Positions 29,124 through 43,821 of a stretch of DNA of 64,000 bases are shown one piece after another. Origin of the DNA: an uncultured Ectothiorhodospiraceae bacterium (GTDB taxonomy: Bacteria; Pseudomonadota; Gammaproteobacteria; UBA9214); the NCBI GenBank assembly GCA_947258545.1, contig CAMYJI010000016.1, forward strand, positions 8,401-72,400, in the 5' to 3' direction. Within the stretch, counting starts at the first letter, position 1; each line of letters starts with the position of its first letter. The notes beneath the pieces are model-generated. The model searched no databases, was not told where the DNA came from, and was given only the letters and a program-made list of their open reading frames with translations. The position numbers were made by a program, and so were the translations under genes.

Positions 29124-30287
29124 ATGAGTACTAGCACCCATCCTCTCCATGTGGGCATCGTTGCCGGGGAGGCCTCCGGCGACCTGCTGGGTGCGGGGCT
29201 GATCGAGGCGCTGCGCGAGCAGGTCCCGGACGCAATCTTTGAGGGCATCGGTGGCCCGCGCATGAAAGAAGCGGGCTGCTTCAGTCTCTACCCGATGGAG
29301 CAGCTGTCGGTGATGGGGATTGCCGAGGTCGTCCGGCACCTGCCCGGGCTGTTGTCGATGCGGCGTGAGCTCGGCGAGCACTTCCTGGATAACCCCCCGG
29401 ACATCTTTATCGGTGTCGATGCACCTGATTTCAACCTTGCCCTGGAGCACAAACTCAAGCGTGCCGGGGTCAGGACGCTGCACTACGTGAGTCCTTCCGT
29501 GTGGGCATGGCGCCAGTACCGGGTGCGCAAGATCGCTCGCAGCATCGATTGCATGCTGACCCTGTTCCCGTTTGAAGAACGCTTCTACCGGGAGCAACTG
29601 CTACCGGTTCGTTGTGTCGGCCATCCGCTGGCGGACCTGCTGGCGGACGATGTTGATCAGGCCCAGGCCAGGCAACACCTCGGGCTCGGTACGAACGGGG
29701 AGCTTGTCGCACTGCTGCCCGGGAGCCGTGCCGATGAGGTCAGTCGTCTTGCCGCGCCGTTTATCGGTGCAGCGGCCTGGTGCCGGGGGCACAAACCGGA
29801 TCTGGAGTTTGTTGTGCCCCTGGCAAACGATCGCTGCCGGGTACTGTTCGAGAAGGAACTCTCCGCGTCCCGGACAACCATCCCGATGACCCTGATTGAG
29901 GGCAGGTCACTCGAGGCGATGGCCGCCGCCGATGCCGTGCTGCTGGCCTCCGGAACCGCGACACTTGAATGCATGCTGCTCAAGCGGCCGATGGTCGTGG
30001 CCTACAGCCTGTCACCCCTGACATACCGGATCGCGAGGCTGCTGGTGAAAACGGAGTACTACTCGTTGCCGAACCTGCTGGCACAGCAGCCGGTAGTGAG
30101 AGAGGTGATCCAGGATGAGGTGACCGCTGATAATCTCGGACGCGAGTTAATGAAGTTACTCGATAACCCCGGCCATTCAGCCGAGGTCCGTGCGATCTTT
30201 TCGGAGATCCATGATGATCTGCGCCGTGATGCGAACCATAATGCGGCGCAAGCGGTGCTGGATATTGTGGGCCGCCATGGTGGGTGA
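29124..30287 (+). CDS. lpxB: Lipid-A-disaccharide synthase
   Basis: The ATG at 29124 gives '[30 protein letters not shown]'. Confidence 0.93.
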   Translation: MSTSTHPLHVGIVAGEASGDLLGAGLIEALREQVPDAIFEGIGGPRMKEAGCFSLYPMEQLSVMGIAEVVRHLPGLLSMRRELGEHFLDNPPDIFIGVDAPDFNLALEHKLKRAGVRTLHYVSPSVWAWRQYRVRKIARSIDCMLTLFPFEERFYREQLLPVRCVGHPLADLLADDVDQAQARQHLGLGTNGELVALLPGSRADEVSRLAAPFIGAAAWCRGHKPDLEFVVPLANDRCRVLFEKELSASRTTIPMTLIEGRSLEAMAAADAVLLASGTATLECMLLKRPMVVAYSLSPLTYRIARLLVKTEYYSLPNLLAQQPVVREVIQDEVTADNLGRELMKLLDNPGHSAEVRAIFSEIHDDLRRDANHNAAQAVLDIVGRHGG

Positions 30288-30870
30288 CCTGTTCGACTGG
30301 GCCTCCGGGCGTGTGGCCGGCGTTGATGAGGCGGGCCGCGGGCCGCTGGCGGGACCGGTGATCGCCGCCGCGGTGATTCTTGACCCGGAACACCCCATCG
30401 CCGGTCTGCGCGACTCGAAAAAACTGACGGAAAAGCGCCGCAATATCTTGTTCGACGAAATCACCTCAAACGCCCTGGCCTGGGCCGTAGGGCGCGCCGA
30501 TGTCGAGGAAATCGACAGAATCAACATACTCCAGGCAACATTGCTGGCCATGCGTCGTGCCGTGGAACAACTGATGCCCGCGGCCGACGCTGTCCTGGTC
30601 GACGGAAATCAATGTCCGCAGCTGTCCTGTCCGGTGCAGGCGGTCATCAAGGGTGACGACAAGGTCGCGGCGATCAGCGCCGCCTCGATTATCGCAAAGG
30701 TGTCACGTGACTGCGAGATGCTCGAACTGGACAGCCTGTACCCGGGCTACGGTCTTGCCCGGCACAAGGGCTATCCCAGCCGGATGCACCTGGAGGCGCT
30801 GCAAAAGTTGGGCGTGACGCCGATACACCGGCGTTCCTATGCGCCGGTCAGGAGGTTGCTGGGGGGGTGA
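30277..30870 (+). CDS. rnhB: Ribonuclease HII
   Basis: The ATG at 30277 overlaps the lpxB end by 11 nt. '[22 protein letters not shown]'. Confidence 0.93.
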   Translation: MVGDLFDWASGRVAGVDEAGRGPLAGPVIAAAVILDPEHPIAGLRDSKKLTEKRRNILFDEITSNALAWAVGRADVEEIDRINILQATLLAMRRAVEQLMPAADAVLVDGNQCPQLSCPVQAVIKGDDKVAAISAASIIAKVSRDCEMLELDSLYPGYGLARHKGYPSRMHLEALQKLGVTPIHRRSYAPVRRLLGG

Positions 30871-30985
30871 ATACTAATGAGTACGATAGTAAGGACACAT
30901 TCAGGAATACGTCGGCGAACTTATGCAAGCGATGTCTGCTTGATTCGTTTCGCCCTGGTAAGGCTGAGGCGTTCAGTAGAATGTT

Positions 30986-32089
30986 TCAGGCACAGGCCTG
31001 GACCCGGGCGACCATTGGCTCTTCATTGCAGACCGTGGACCGGTTGCGTCCCGACATTTTGCTTTGATAAAGTGCGGCATCGGCCTTTTCCAGGAGGGTC
31101 TCCGGACGAACAAGGTTTTCGGGATAGCTGGCAATACCGATGCTGACACTGGCCGGGAACGGGTGGCCATCGATATTCAGGGGGCTGGATTCAATTCGCT
31201 CCCTGATGCGTTCCGCGACCAGTACTGATCTACTGGCATCGGTATGTGGCATGAGAATTACAAATTCATCGCCGCCGTAACGTGCAAGAATATCGGCCTC
31301 CCTGATCCCGTCATTCATCAAACTTGCGACATGCTTGATCAATGCGCTGCCGGTGGTATGTCCGAACCGGTCGTTCACCACCTTGAGCTTGTCGATGTCG
31401 ATCATGAGTGCGCTCAACGGATACGAGTAACGTGCCGCTCCGGCGATCTCCTTCTCGAGGATTTCATTAAAAGCACGCATATTCAAAATGCCGGTCAGGT
31501 CATCTGTGTGCGACAGCTCGGTGATCCTCTTCTTGGCGTTGAGGATGTCCGCTGCCAGAATGGACGTGACATAGGCCACCAGCAACAGCGGCGAGAACCT
31601 GGCAATGATGAAAGTGAATGTCTGAGCGGAAAAGATGTCCGTGGAGTAGTGCTGGTAACCCATCAAGAGATAGCAGCATGCGATCAGGGCGACCTCAAGT
31701 ATGGTCATGGTCTTGCCCAGCGTGATGGCGCAGGCAATGACCGCTATCAGGTACAGGTTCTGCAGCGGGCTTTCAATGCCACCGGTCTGCCATATGGCAA
31801 GGGTAATAAAGCCAATCATTGCCCAGGTCTCGATCGCCAGCTTCCACGGGGTGTCCTCGAGATATGTACTCGTGTAGCGAATCAGTAGTATGAAGGCGGC
31901 GTAACCGCTCATCGTCGCAACCAGGGTGTCGGGTGCGTCGAGGGTGCGGGTGGGGATGAAGAAATACACCATGACGATGATGAGCATGAGCCACTGCAAC
32001 TCCGCCATGCTCCGGGAGAAGTTCTTGAGTTCGTTGCCCTTGAAGATTGCGGAGCAATGCGGCGGCTTGTTCGGATTGTCTGTCGGCAT
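30986..32089 (-). CDS. Membrane-bound diguanylate cyclase (GGDEF domain)
   Basis: N-terminal half has about 5-6 hydrophobic helices. C-terminal 'DDLTGILNMRAF...RYGGDEFVILMP' with the RxxD I-site ('READ') five residues before GGDEF. Visibly AT-richer than its neighbours. Confidence 0.9.
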   Translation of the reverse strand: MPTDNPNKPPHCSAIFKGNELKNFSRSMAELQWLMLIIVMVYFFIPTRTLDAPDTLVATMSGYAAFILLIRYTSTYLEDTPWKLAIETWAMIGFITLAIWQTGGIESPLQNLYLIAVIACAITLGKTMTILEVALIACCYLLMGYQHYSTDIFSAQTFTFIIARFSPLLLVAYVTSILAADILNAKKRITELSHTDDLTGILNMRAFNEILEKEIAGAARYSYPLSALMIDIDKLKVVNDRFGHTTGSALIKHVASLMNDGIREADILARYGGDEFVILMPHTDASRSVLVAERIRERIESSPLNIDGHPFPASVSIGIASYPENLVRPETLLEKADAALYQSKMSGRNRSTVCNEEPMVARVQACA

Positions 32090-32230
32090 GCGTTTAATTT
32101 GAAATACAGGGTGACATGCTTGTATCGGCCGCTCGCCGCGTGGCTTTAATCCGTATCAGGTGCCCATCGGTGGCCGGGTCATGGCTGGACTGGTGCGGCC
32201 GTGCGCCCCGCTGACCGGCCGATGCCTGCC

Positions 32231-32300
32231 TAAAAAATTGTAACAAAAATAATATAAAACAATTAGTAAATGTATATTTCTAAATAATTTATTAATTCCT
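32231..32300. promoter_or_regulatory. Extreme AT-rich tract in the divergent GGDEF-gene/dnaE control region
   Basis: By my count 62 of 70 positions are A/T ('taaaaaattgtaacaaaaataatataaaacaattagtaaatgtatatttctaaataatttattaattcct'). Contains AATTGT-N17-ACAATT. Confidence 0.4.
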
Positions 32301-32343
32301 GTCAGGGCTTGAAACCCGGCCGCTAAAGCACGACACTTTTCCC

Positions 32344-35300
32344 ATGCAGCCCACCTTCGTACATCTCCACGTCCATACCGAATATTCACTGGTGAACGGC
32401 ACCGTGCGGGTGCCGCGTCTGGCGCGGTCAGTGGCTGAAATGGGGATGCCGGCGGTGGCCGTGACGGACCAAAGTAACCTGTTTTCCATGGTCAAATTCT
32501 ACCGGGCTGCTATGGCAGCCGGTATCAAACCCGTAGTCGGTGTGGACCTGTGGGTGGCCGACGAATCCGGGAGCGGACAGCCTGCGCGAGTGGTCCTGCT
32601 CTGCAAGAACCATGAGGGCTATCTGAATCTGACTAAACTGGTTTCACGTACCTACACGGAGGGCCAGCACCGCGGGCACCCGGTGCTCGAAAAATCCTGG
32701 CTGGAAGGTAATAGCGACGGACTGATTGCCCTGTCTGCAGGGTGTGCGGGTGATATCGGCCAGTCCCTGAAGGCGAATAAGGCCGACCGGGCGCGCCGAT
32801 TGCTGGACGGCTGGCGTGCCCTGTTCCCCGACAGCTTCTATCTGGAGTTGCAGCGCACCGGACGTCCGGGTGAAGAGGACTACCTGCACAGTGTCGCGGC
32901 CCTGGCCGCCGAGACCGATATACCGGTCGTGGCGACCAATGATGTGCACTTCATCGCGCCGACCGATTACGAGGCCCATGAGGCGCGTGTCTGTATCAAC
33001 GAGGGGCGGGCACTGAATGATCCGCGCCGCTCACGCGAGTTCACCGATCAGCAGTATCTGCGCACACCGGAAGAAATGCAGGAACTGTTCAGCGATATCC
33101 CCGAGGCCATCGCCAATACCGTGGAGATCGCACGGCGATGTAACCTGGAGCTCGACCTGGGCCGCAACTTCCTGCCGGATTTTCCTGTGCCCAGGGGCCT
33201 GACCCTCGATGAATATTTCCGCCGCCTGGCCAGGGAAGGGCTGGAACAACGCCTCGGGGAGATCATCACAACGGAGATGCCTGATCCGGACGTGCTGAAA
33301 CAGGAATACCGGGAGCGCCTGGAGACCGAGATCAAGGTCATCGTCGATATGGGCTTCCCGGGCTATTTCCTGATTGTGTCCGACTTCATCAAGTGGGCCA
33401 AAGACAACGGGATACCGGTCGGCCCCGGGCGCGGTTCGGGTGCTGGTTCCCTGGTCGCCTATGCCTTGCTGATTACCGACCTGGACCCGATCAAGTACGA
33501 CCTCTTGTTCGAGCGCTTCCTGAATCCCGAACGTGTGTCCATGCCGGATTTCGACGTCGACTTCTGCATGGACGGCCGTGACCGGGTCATCGATTATGTC
33601 GCTCAACGCTACGGTCGCGACCGTGTCTCACAGATCATCACCTACGGTTCCATGGCGGCCAAGGCCGTGGTACGTGATGTCGGTCGCGTCCTGGGCCACC
33701 CCTATGGCTTTGTCGACCGGATCGCCAAGCTGATTCCCTTCGAGATCGGCATTACCCTCGACAAGGCACTGAACCAGGAGGCTGCGCTGAAGGAGCTCTA
33801 CGAGGGTGACGATGACGTCAGGGCGGTTATCGACCTGGCGCGGTCGCTGGAAGGCCTGGCGCGTAATGCGGGCAAACATGCCGGCGGCGTGGTGATCTCC
33901 CCCGCGCGGCTGACCGACTTCACCCCGCTGTATTGCGAACAGGGCAGTGACGCGGTGGTCAGCCAGTTCGACAAGGATGACGTGGAAGCCGTGGGCCTGG
34001 TCAAGTTTGACTTTCTGGGCCTGCGCACCCTGACGATAATCGACCGTTCACTCAAGACCATTAATGCCGCGCGCACAACCACCGGTGACTCGCCCGTGGA
34101 AATCAGTGGCATCCCGCTGACCGATCGGGCCAGCTTCGACCTGCTCAAGGCCTGCACCACGACTGCGGTGTTCCAACTCGAGTCCTCCGGCATGAAAGAC
34201 CTGATCCGGCGCCTGCAACCGGACAGTTTCGAGGACATCGTGGCGCTGGTGGCACTGTTCCGCCCCGGGCCCCTGCAGTCCGGCATGGTGGACGACTTCA
34301 TCAAGCGCAAGCACGGCGCAATGGTCAGTTACCCGCATCCTGACCTGGAGCCGATACTCAAGCCGACCTACGGGATCATTCTCTACCAGGAACAGGTGAT
34401 GCAAATCGCCCAGGTACTCGCCGGCTACTCGCTGGGCGGGGCCGACCTGCTGCGCCGCGCCATGGGCAAGAAGAAACCCGAGGAAATGGCAAAGCAGCGT
34501 GCCATCTTTCTCGAGGGTGCGCTGGAGCGGGGTGTCGACGAGAAGGTCGCAAGCGGTATCTTCGACCTGATGGAGAAATTCGCCGGCTACGGATTCAACA
34601 AGAGCCATTCCGCCGCCTATGCCCTGATCTCCTACCAGACGGCCTGGCTGAAGGCCCACTACCCGGCCGCGTTCATGGCGGCCGTGCTGTCGGCAGACAT
34701 GGACAACACCGACAAGATCGTCCGGCTGGTCGCCGAATGCCGGGACATGAAACTGAAGGTCGTGCCCCCGGACGTGAATACCTCCGACTACTATTTCACC
34801 ACACAGTCCGACAACACCATCGTCTACGGGCTGGGTGCAATCAAAGGTGTCGGTCAGGCGGCAATCGAGGCCATGCTGGACGAACGCCGTGAGCGGGGTG
34901 ATTTTACCGACCTCAACGACCTGTGCCAGCGGGTCGACCTGCGCAAAATCAACCGCCGCGTAATGGATGCATTGATCCGTGCCGGTGCACTGGACCCCAT
35001 GGGCGACAGCCGGGCCACGCAGATGGCCAACCTGCCACTGGCGCTTAAACTGGCAGAACAGACCACCCGCAATCAGGACACCGGCCAGGATGACTTGTTC
35101 GCAGAGGCCAGCGCGCTGGTGTGTGCACCGCAGGACAAGCAGGTGCTGCCGGAATGGGATGATGAACAGAAACTGCTGGGCGAGAAGGAAACGCTCGGCC
35201 TGTATCTGACCGGCCACCCGATCACGCGCTACCAGGCTGAGTTGGGCCGTATCACCAGCGGCAAACTGGCGTGGCTGGCGGCCTCCGGCGCGGATGGCCC

Positions 35301-35844
35301 GGGCCTGCCGGCGGGGCGTGGCGACGGGTACGAACGTTCCGTGATCATCGCCGGCCTGGTGATGTCCATGCGCACCCGCCGTACCCAGCGCGGCAGCAAG
35401 ATCGCCTTTCTGACACTGGATGACGATAGCGCTCGCATCGAGGTGCGCGTGTTTTCCGAGGTCTTCGACAAATACCAGGCGCTGCTCGGCAAGGACAAGG
35501 TCCTGGTCATCAAGGGTACCCTGGGTGTGGATGATTATTCGGGTGGCAACCAGATTACCGCCCAGGAAATCTACGACATCAACCAGGCGCGTGAGACCTA
35601 TGCCCGGCGCCTGGTGGTCGGTGTTGAAGCTGGGCAGGCGGGAAACTGTTTCATGCACTCACTTGCGGATATCCTCAAACCGTTCCGCGAAGGCCAGTGC
35701 CGGGTCTGCATCGATTATCTCGGCGGTGGCGCCGAGGCGCGGCTCGCATTAGGGGACGAGTGGACGGTGCATCCCACCGATGAATTGCTGCATCGCCTGC
35801 AGGAACTGGCCGGTAATGAGTGCGTGCTGGTCGAATACAGCTGA
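32344..35844 (+). CDS. dnaE: DNA polymerase III alpha subunit
   Basis: PHP N-terminus 'FVHLHVHTEYSLVNG'; 'GRGSGAGSLVAYAL'. 1166 aa. Confidence 0.98.
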   Translation: MQPTFVHLHVHTEYSLVNGTVRVPRLARSVAEMGMPAVAVTDQSNLFSMVKFYRAAMAAGIKPVVGVDLWVADESGSGQPARVVLLCKNHEGYLNLTKLVSRTYTEGQHRGHPVLEKSWLEGNSDGLIALSAGCAGDIGQSLKANKADRARRLLDGWRALFPDSFYLELQRTGRPGEEDYLHSVAALAAETDIPVVATNDVHFIAPTDYEAHEARVCINEGRALNDPRRSREFTDQQYLRTPEEMQELFSDIPEAIANTVEIARRCNLELDLGRNFLPDFPVPRGLTLDEYFRRLAREGLEQRLGEIITTEMPDPDVLKQEYRERLETEIKVIVDMGFPGYFLIVSDFIKWAKDNGIPVGPGRGSGAGSLVAYALLITDLDPIKYDLLFERFLNPERVSMPDFDVDFCMDGRDRVIDYVAQRYGRDRVSQIITYGSMAAKAVVRDVGRVLGHPYGFVDRIAKLIPFEIGITLDKALNQEAALKELYEGDDDVRAVIDLARSLEGLARNAGKHAGGVVISPARLTDFTPLYCEQGSDAVVSQFDKDDVEAVGLVKFDFLGLRTLTIIDRSLKTINAARTTTGDSPVEISGIPLTDRASFDLLKACTTTAVFQLESSGMKDLIRRLQPDSFEDIVALVALFRPGPLQSGMVDDFIKRKHGAMVSYPHPDLEPILKPTYGIILYQEQVMQIAQVLAGYSLGGADLLRRAMGKKKPEEMAKQRAIFLEGALERGVDEKVASGIFDLMEKFAGYGFNKSHSAAYALISYQTAWLKAHYPAAFMAAVLSADMDNTDKIVRLVAECRDMKLKVVPPDVNTSDYYFTTQSDNTIVYGLGAIKGVGQAAIEAMLDERRERGDFTDLNDLCQRVDLRKINRRVMDALIRAGALDPMGDSRATQMANLPLALKLAEQTTRNQDTGQDDLFAEASALVCAPQDKQVLPEWDDEQKLLGEKETLGLYLTGHPITRYQAELGRITSGKLAWLAASGADGPGLPAGRGDGYERSVIIAGLVMSMRTRRTQRGSKIAFLTLDDDSARIEVRVFSEVFDKYQALLGKDKVLVIKGTLGVDDYSGGNQITAQEIYDINQARETYARRLVVGVEAGQAGNCFMHSLADILKPFREGQCRVCIDYLGGGAEARLALGDEWTVHPTDELLHRLQELAGNECVLVEYS

Positions 35845-35906
35845 CTTGTTTCACAACGGCGTAGACGGTACCTTTGTCAGCAAGACGTTAATGACTGGAA
35901 AATGAC

Positions 35907-36866
35907 ATGAATCTGAATTTTCTCGAGTTCGAGCAGCCCATTGCCGAGCTGGAAGCAAAGATCGATGAGCTGACTTACATTGGCGATGATGCAGACGTCA
36001 ATATCAACGACGAGGTTGCCAAGCTCAAGGCAAAAAGCAAGGCGCTGACAGTGTCGATCTTTTCCGGCCTGACGCCCTGGCAGATCTCACAGCTGGCCCG
36101 CCATCCGCAGCGTCCCTACACCATGGACTACATCATCCGGATATTCACCGATTTCGAGGAGCTGCACGGCGACCGCTGTTTTGCCGATGACCACGCCATT
36201 ATCGGCGGGGTCGCGCGGCTGGAAGGTATGCCGGTAATGGTCATCGGTCAGCAAAAGGGTCGTGACACCAAGGAGAAACTGCAGCGTAATTTCGGTATGC
36301 CACGTCCCGAGGGTTACCGCAAGGCGCTGCGCCTGATGCATATGGCGGAGCGTTTCAAGCTGCCGATCCTGACCTTCATCGACACCCCGGGTGCCTATCC
36401 CGGCATCGGTGCCGAGGAGCGAGGCCAGAGCGAGGCCATCGCGAAGAACCTCTATGTGATGTCAGGGTTGAATACACCGGTTATCTGCACGGTCATCGGT
36501 GAAGGGGGATCGGGTGGCGCACTGGCCATTGGTGTTGGTGACCGGACGCTGATGCTGCAGTACAGTACCTATTCAGTGATTTCCCCGGAAGGTTGTGCGT
36601 CCATCCTCTGGAAAAGTGCCGATAAGGCGGAGGATGCCGCCGAGGCGCTGGGGATTACCTCGACGCGCCTGAAGGAACTCGGACTGGTGGATCGCATTAT
36701 TGAGGAACCGCTGGGTGGCGCGCATCGTGATGTGGATGCCATTGCGAAGAATATCAAGCTGGCGCTGGTCGAGGAACTGGGTCAACTGACAACGGTCTCT
36801 ATTGATGACCTCATTGAAAAACGCTACCAGCGCCTGATGGCCTATGGTGAGTTCACCGAACGCTGA
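35907..36866 (+). CDS. accA: Acetyl-CoA carboxylase carboxyltransferase alpha subunit
   Basis: '[23 protein letters not shown]'. 319 aa. Confidence 0.97.
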   Translation: MNLNFLEFEQPIAELEAKIDELTYIGDDADVNINDEVAKLKAKSKALTVSIFSGLTPWQISQLARHPQRPYTMDYIIRIFTDFEELHGDRCFADDHAIIGGVARLEGMPVMVIGQQKGRDTKEKLQRNFGMPRPEGYRKALRLMHMAERFKLPILTFIDTPGAYPGIGAEERGQSEAIAKNLYVMSGLNTPVICTVIGEGGSGGALAIGVGDRTLMLQYSTYSVISPEGCASILWKSADKAEDAAEALGITSTRLKELGLVDRIIEEPLGGAHRDVDAIAKNIKLALVEELGQLTTVSIDDLIEKRYQRLMAYGEFTER

Positions 36867-36912
36867 CCTCTACCCGGCCTGTAGACCGGTGCCTCCGGTC
36901 GACCCCTAGCCC

Positions 36913-38253
36913 ATGTCGTTCTCACCCACCCGTCTCAAGCAGCAACTGCTCGACTGCCCAGGCCCCGGGGCCTGTTGGGTTGCCTACAGTGGTGGCGTGG
37001 ATTCCCATGTGTTGCTGCATGCCCTCGTGGCAATCAGGGAGTCACTCAGTTGCCGGATCGGCGCCGTGCATGTCAATCACGGCTTGCACGAGGATGCCGG
37101 TCAATGGGAAGCGCACTGCCGTGCAGTTTGCAAGACCCTGGCGGTGCCGTTTGTATCCCTGCAGGTAGATGCCTGCCATGCCGCACGGGAGAGTCCGGAG
37201 GCGGCCGCGCGCGCAGCGCGCTATGCCGCACTGCAGGACTGGCTGCCACCGGGGGACTGCCTGCTGACGGCACAACACCGGGATGACCAGGCCGAGACCG
37301 TGTTGCTCCAGTTACTACGCGGCAGCGGGGTCATGGGTCTGGCCGCGATGCCGGCACTGACTGATTTCGGTGCCGGCAAGCTGCGACGCCCCTTGCTGGA
37401 CTGCAGCCGGCAGTCATTGCTGGCCTATGCCCTGGAAAATGACCTCGACTGGGTTGATGATCCGAGCAACCAGGACACCGGACTGGACCGCAATTACCTG
37501 CGTCACCGGGTCGTGCCGGAACTGCGCGAACGCTGGCCGGGCCTGTCCGGAACCCTGGCGCGGAGTGCACAGCATTGCGCGGAGGCGGCCCGGGCGCTGG
37601 CGCAACTGGCGGAGCAGGACCTTGCCACGGTGGCCGGGGAGACGAAAGGGGTGCTGCAGGTTTCCGGTCTGCAGCGACTTGGCATGGAGCGCCGGCGTAA
37701 TGTCCTGCGTTACTGGTGCACGCAGCGTTGCGGCTCGGCACCCTCGGCCGCCGTCCTCGAGCGGATTGTCCATGACGTGCTGGCAAGTCGTGCGGATGCC
37801 GAGCCCTGCGTGCGCTGGGGCGACTATGAGCTGCGGCGTTACCGTGACCAGGTCTATCTGCTCGGGCAGCAGCCGGAAGACGTGCCCGCCGGGGTGCTGG
37901 ATTGGCAGCTACACCGGCCGCTGACGCTGCCGGGTTCTGCTGGCAGCCTGAGCGTGACCACGGAATCGGGCAGCGGGATCCGTGCTACTGCGGTGGTCGG
38001 CAACGTGTTGCAGGTCGGCTTTCGACGTGGCGGCGAACGCTGCCGCCCGGCCGGACGCCGGCACCACTATCCACTCAAGAAACTGTTTCAGGAACACGGG
38101 GTGCCGCCCTGGGAAAGAGTGCGTATTCCGCTGATCTTTATTGACAATGAACTGGCAGCGGTCACGGGGTTGTGGGTTTGTGAACCCTTCAGCGCCGGGC
38201 CGGGCGAGCCGGGACTGGCGATTCACTGGGACAAATTAGCCGCTCAACCCTGA
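36913..38253 (+). CDS. tilS: tRNA(Ile)-lysidine synthetase
   Basis: PP-loop 'VAYSGGVDSHVLLH'. Follows accA as in E. coli. Confidence 0.9.
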   Translation: MSFSPTRLKQQLLDCPGPGACWVAYSGGVDSHVLLHALVAIRESLSCRIGAVHVNHGLHEDAGQWEAHCRAVCKTLAVPFVSLQVDACHAARESPEAAARAARYAALQDWLPPGDCLLTAQHRDDQAETVLLQLLRGSGVMGLAAMPALTDFGAGKLRRPLLDCSRQSLLAYALENDLDWVDDPSNQDTGLDRNYLRHRVVPELRERWPGLSGTLARSAQHCAEAARALAQLAEQDLATVAGETKGVLQVSGLQRLGMERRRNVLRYWCTQRCGSAPSAAVLERIVHDVLASRADAEPCVRWGDYELRRYRDQVYLLGQQPEDVPAGVLDWQLHRPLTLPGSAGSLSVTTESGSGIRATAVVGNVLQVGFRRGGERCRPAGRRHHYPLKKLFQEHGVPPWERVRIPLIFIDNELAAVTGLWVCEPFSAGPGEPGLAIHWDKLAAQP

Positions 38254-38262
38254 AATAATTGA

Positions 38263-40002
<1,740 letters not shown>

Positions 40003-40052
40003 GATCACCAGCGTCCCGAAATCGTTTAATCCTGCATCTGGAATCAAGCTCA

Positions 40053-40892
40053 ATGGAACTATGTGGATTCAGCGCAGGTATCGACCAGCCGTTCTTTCTG
40101 ATCGCCGGTCCCTGTGTCATCGAGAGTGAGGCGCTTGCCATCGACACCGCCGCTCAGCTGAAGGATATAACCATGGCGCTCGGTGTGCCGTTTATCTACA
40201 AGTCCTCCTATGACAAGGCCAACCGCTCGTCGTACATGAGCTTCCGCGGCCCCGGTATCGAAGAGGGTCTGCGTATCCTGCAGCAGGTAAGGGAACAGGT
40301 CGGTGTGCCGGTGCTGACCGATGTGCATGAAGACACGCCGCTCGACGAGGTCGCTGCAGTCGTCGATGTGCTGCAGACGCCGGCCTTTCTGTGCCGGCAG
40401 ACTAATTTCATCCAGAATGTCGCCAGGCAGGGCAAGCCGGTGAATATCAAGAAGGGACAGTTCCTGTCACCGTGGGACATGAAGAACGTGGCCGACAAGG
40501 CGATGGCGACCGGAAACCCCCGGATTATGGTGTGCGAACGGGGCGCCTCGTTCGGTTACAACAACCTGGTCTCCGACATGCGTTCGCTTGCGGTCATGCG
40601 CAATTGTGGCGTGCCGGTGGTCTTCGATGCGACCCACTCGGTTCAGTTGCCGGGGGGGCAGGGCGATCGTTCCGGTGGTCAGCGCGAGTTTGTGCCGGTA
40701 CTGGCACGCGCGGCTGTGGCCAGCGGTGTGTCCGGGGTGTTCATGGAGACGCACCCCGACCCGGACAAGGCCCTGAGTGACGGCCCCAATGCCTGGCCCC
40801 TGCAGCGCATGCGCGAGTTGCTGGAGACCCTGCAGGCCATCGACGCGGCGCTGAAATCGCGACCCCTGCCGGAGACCGAATTGATGGAGTAG
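40053..40892 (+). CDS. kdsA: 3-deoxy-8-phosphooctulonate (KDO-8-P) synthase
   Basis: '[13 protein letters not shown]', '[12 protein letters not shown]' and '[12 protein letters not shown]'. Confidence 0.96.
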   Translation: MELCGFSAGIDQPFFLIAGPCVIESEALAIDTAAQLKDITMALGVPFIYKSSYDKANRSSYMSFRGPGIEEGLRILQQVREQVGVPVLTDVHEDTPLDEVAAVVDVLQTPAFLCRQTNFIQNVARQGKPVNIKKGQFLSPWDMKNVADKAMATGNPRIMVCERGASFGYNNLVSDMRSLAVMRNCGVPVVFDATHSVQLPGGQGDRSGGQREFVPVLARAAVASGVSGVFMETHPDPDKALSDGPNAWPLQRMRELLETLQAIDAALKSRPLPETELME

Positions 40893-40946
40893 CCGGGTGC
40901 TTCCCGCAACAAGGCCTGGCCAGGACTGATAAATGTTCGAGGTTAA

Positions 40947-42266
<1,320 letters not shown>

Positions 42267-42319
42267 TGACGCCATGGCCGGATGCCGCCGGTTGAGACCT
42301 GTCAGTCACGGGCCATGCC

Positions 42320-42589
42320 ATGAAGAACCTGATTATTCTCCTGCTGATATTGCTGGTATTCCTGCTGTACCGCCTGTGGCTGGGTGAGGGTGGCCTGCTG
42401 GATGTCTGGGAACTGCACCGGGAAGTCGAGAGCCAGCGCCAGGAGAATGCCCGCTTGCGCGAGCGCAACGAGGCGCTCAATGCCGAGGTGCTCGATCTCA
42501 AGCAGGGCCTCGAGGCCATAGAGGAACACGCCAGGGAGGACCTTGGCATGGTCAAGGAAGGCGAGACCTTCTACCAGGTCGTGGAATGA
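42320..42589 (+). CDS. ftsB: Cell division protein FtsB
   Basis: Single TM 'LIILLLILLVFLLY', then a coiled coil 'ENARLRERNEALNAEVLDLK' and 'AREDLGMVKEGETFYQVV'. Confidence 0.9.
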   Translation: MKNLIILLLILLVFLLYRLWLGEGGLLDVWELHREVESQRQENARLRERNEALNAEVLDLKQGLEAIEEHAREDLGMVKEGETFYQVVE

Positions 42590-42601
42590 GACGGGCCACA
42601 C

Positions 42602-43354
42602 ATGCCCGGGTCGACGGCATTGTCTGATAAGCGTCCCGCTGAATCGGCCAGTCCAGGCTACTGGGCCGTGGTGCCGGCTGCCGGTAGTGGCAGCCGCATG
42701 GTCGCCGAAATCCCCAAGCAGTACCTGCCACTGGCCGGGCGCAGCGTCATTGAACACACCCTGGATACCCTGTTCTCCTGTCCCCGCCTGGCCGGGGTGG
42801 TGCTGGCGGTATCAGCGGATGACAGCCGCTGGGCGAAAATCCGGCCGCGTTATGCCGACAGGAACCTGCAGTGCGTGACCGGAGGGGCAGAACGTTGCCA
42901 CTCGGTGCTCAATGCACTGCACCTGCTGGTGCAGCAGGCCCAACCCCGGGACTGGGTGCTGGTGCACGACGCGGCGCGACCCTGTGTGCGGGGTGGGGAT
43001 ATCGAGGCGTTGATCGAGGCCATCGGGGATGACACCGACGGTGGCTTGCTGGGGGTGCCGGTCTCCGACACAATGAAGCGCGTGGACCGGGATGGCCGGA
43101 TCTCCGCAACCGTGGACCGGGAGGCGCTGTGGCATGCACACACACCGCAGATGTTCCGTCTTGACCAGCTGCTGAACGCTCTGGAACAGGCCCTGGAACA
43201 GGGCGCCACAGTCACCGACGAGGCCTCGGCCATGGAACTGGCGGGTTACCGGCCGCGCATGGTCGAGGGACACCCCGATAATATAAAGGTCACGGTGCCG
43301 GCCCACCTGGCACTGGCCGAGTTCTACCTGCAGGAACGTAAGCATCTATTATGA
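42602..43354 (+). CDS. ispD: 2-C-methyl-D-erythritol 4-phosphate cytidylyltransferase
   Basis: '[12 protein letters not shown]' and '[10 protein letters not shown]'. Confidence 0.92.
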   Translation: MPGSTALSDKRPAESASPGYWAVVPAAGSGSRMVAEIPKQYLPLAGRSVIEHTLDTLFSCPRLAGVVLAVSADDSRWAKIRPRYADRNLQCVTGGAERCHSVLNALHLLVQQAQPRDWVLVHDAARPCVRGGDIEALIEAIGDDTDGGLLGVPVSDTMKRVDRDGRISATVDREALWHAHTPQMFRLDQLLNALEQALEQGATVTDEASAMELAGYRPRMVEGHPDNIKVTVPAHLALAEFYLQERKHLL

Positions 43355-43821
43355 GGATCGGACAGGGCATCGACGCACACGCCTTCCGGCCGGGTGGCAG
43401 GTTGGTGCTGGGCGGTGTGCAGATACCGCATGAGCAGGGCATCGAGGCGCATTCGGACGGTGATGTTGTCCTGCATGCCTTGTGCGATGCCCTGCTGGGC
43501 GCCGCCGCTCTTGGTGATATCGGGCGCCATTTTCCCCCGGACGATCCGGCCTATGCGGGAATCGACAGCCGGATCCTGCTGCGCAAGGTGGTTGAACTGA
43601 TCGGCCGGGAGGGCCTGCAGATCAGCAATACCGACATCACGGTGGTGGCACAGGCGCCGCGACTCGCCCCCTATATCAGCGCGATGCGCGGGCACATCGC
43701 TGACGACCTGCAACTGGACATATCCCACATCAGTATCAAGGCAACCACCACAGAACACATGGGCTTTACCGGACGGGGCGAGGGCATTGCCGCCTTTGCG
43801 GTCGTCCTGCTGGAAGAGTGA
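43351..43821 (+). CDS. ispF: 2-C-methyl-D-erythritol 2,4-cyclodiphosphate synthase
   Basis: '[12 protein letters not shown]' and '[18 protein letters not shown]'. Start overlaps the ispD stop. Confidence 0.96.
   Translation: MRIGQGIDAHAFRPGGRLVLGGVQIPHEQGIEAHSDGDVVLHALCDALLGAAALGDIGRHFPPDDPAYAGIDSRILLRKVVELIGREGLQISNTDITVVAQAPRLAPYISAMRGHIADDLQLDISHISIKATTTEHMGFTGRGEGIAAFAVVLLEE

Noticed and set aside
34048-35658. 536-aa ORF on the minus strand inside dnaE.
   Set aside because: It lies wholly antisense to a gene with unambiguous DnaE motifs. The product is low-complexity and rich in Arg, Gly, Ala and Val, typical of stop-poor shadow frames in GC-rich DNA.
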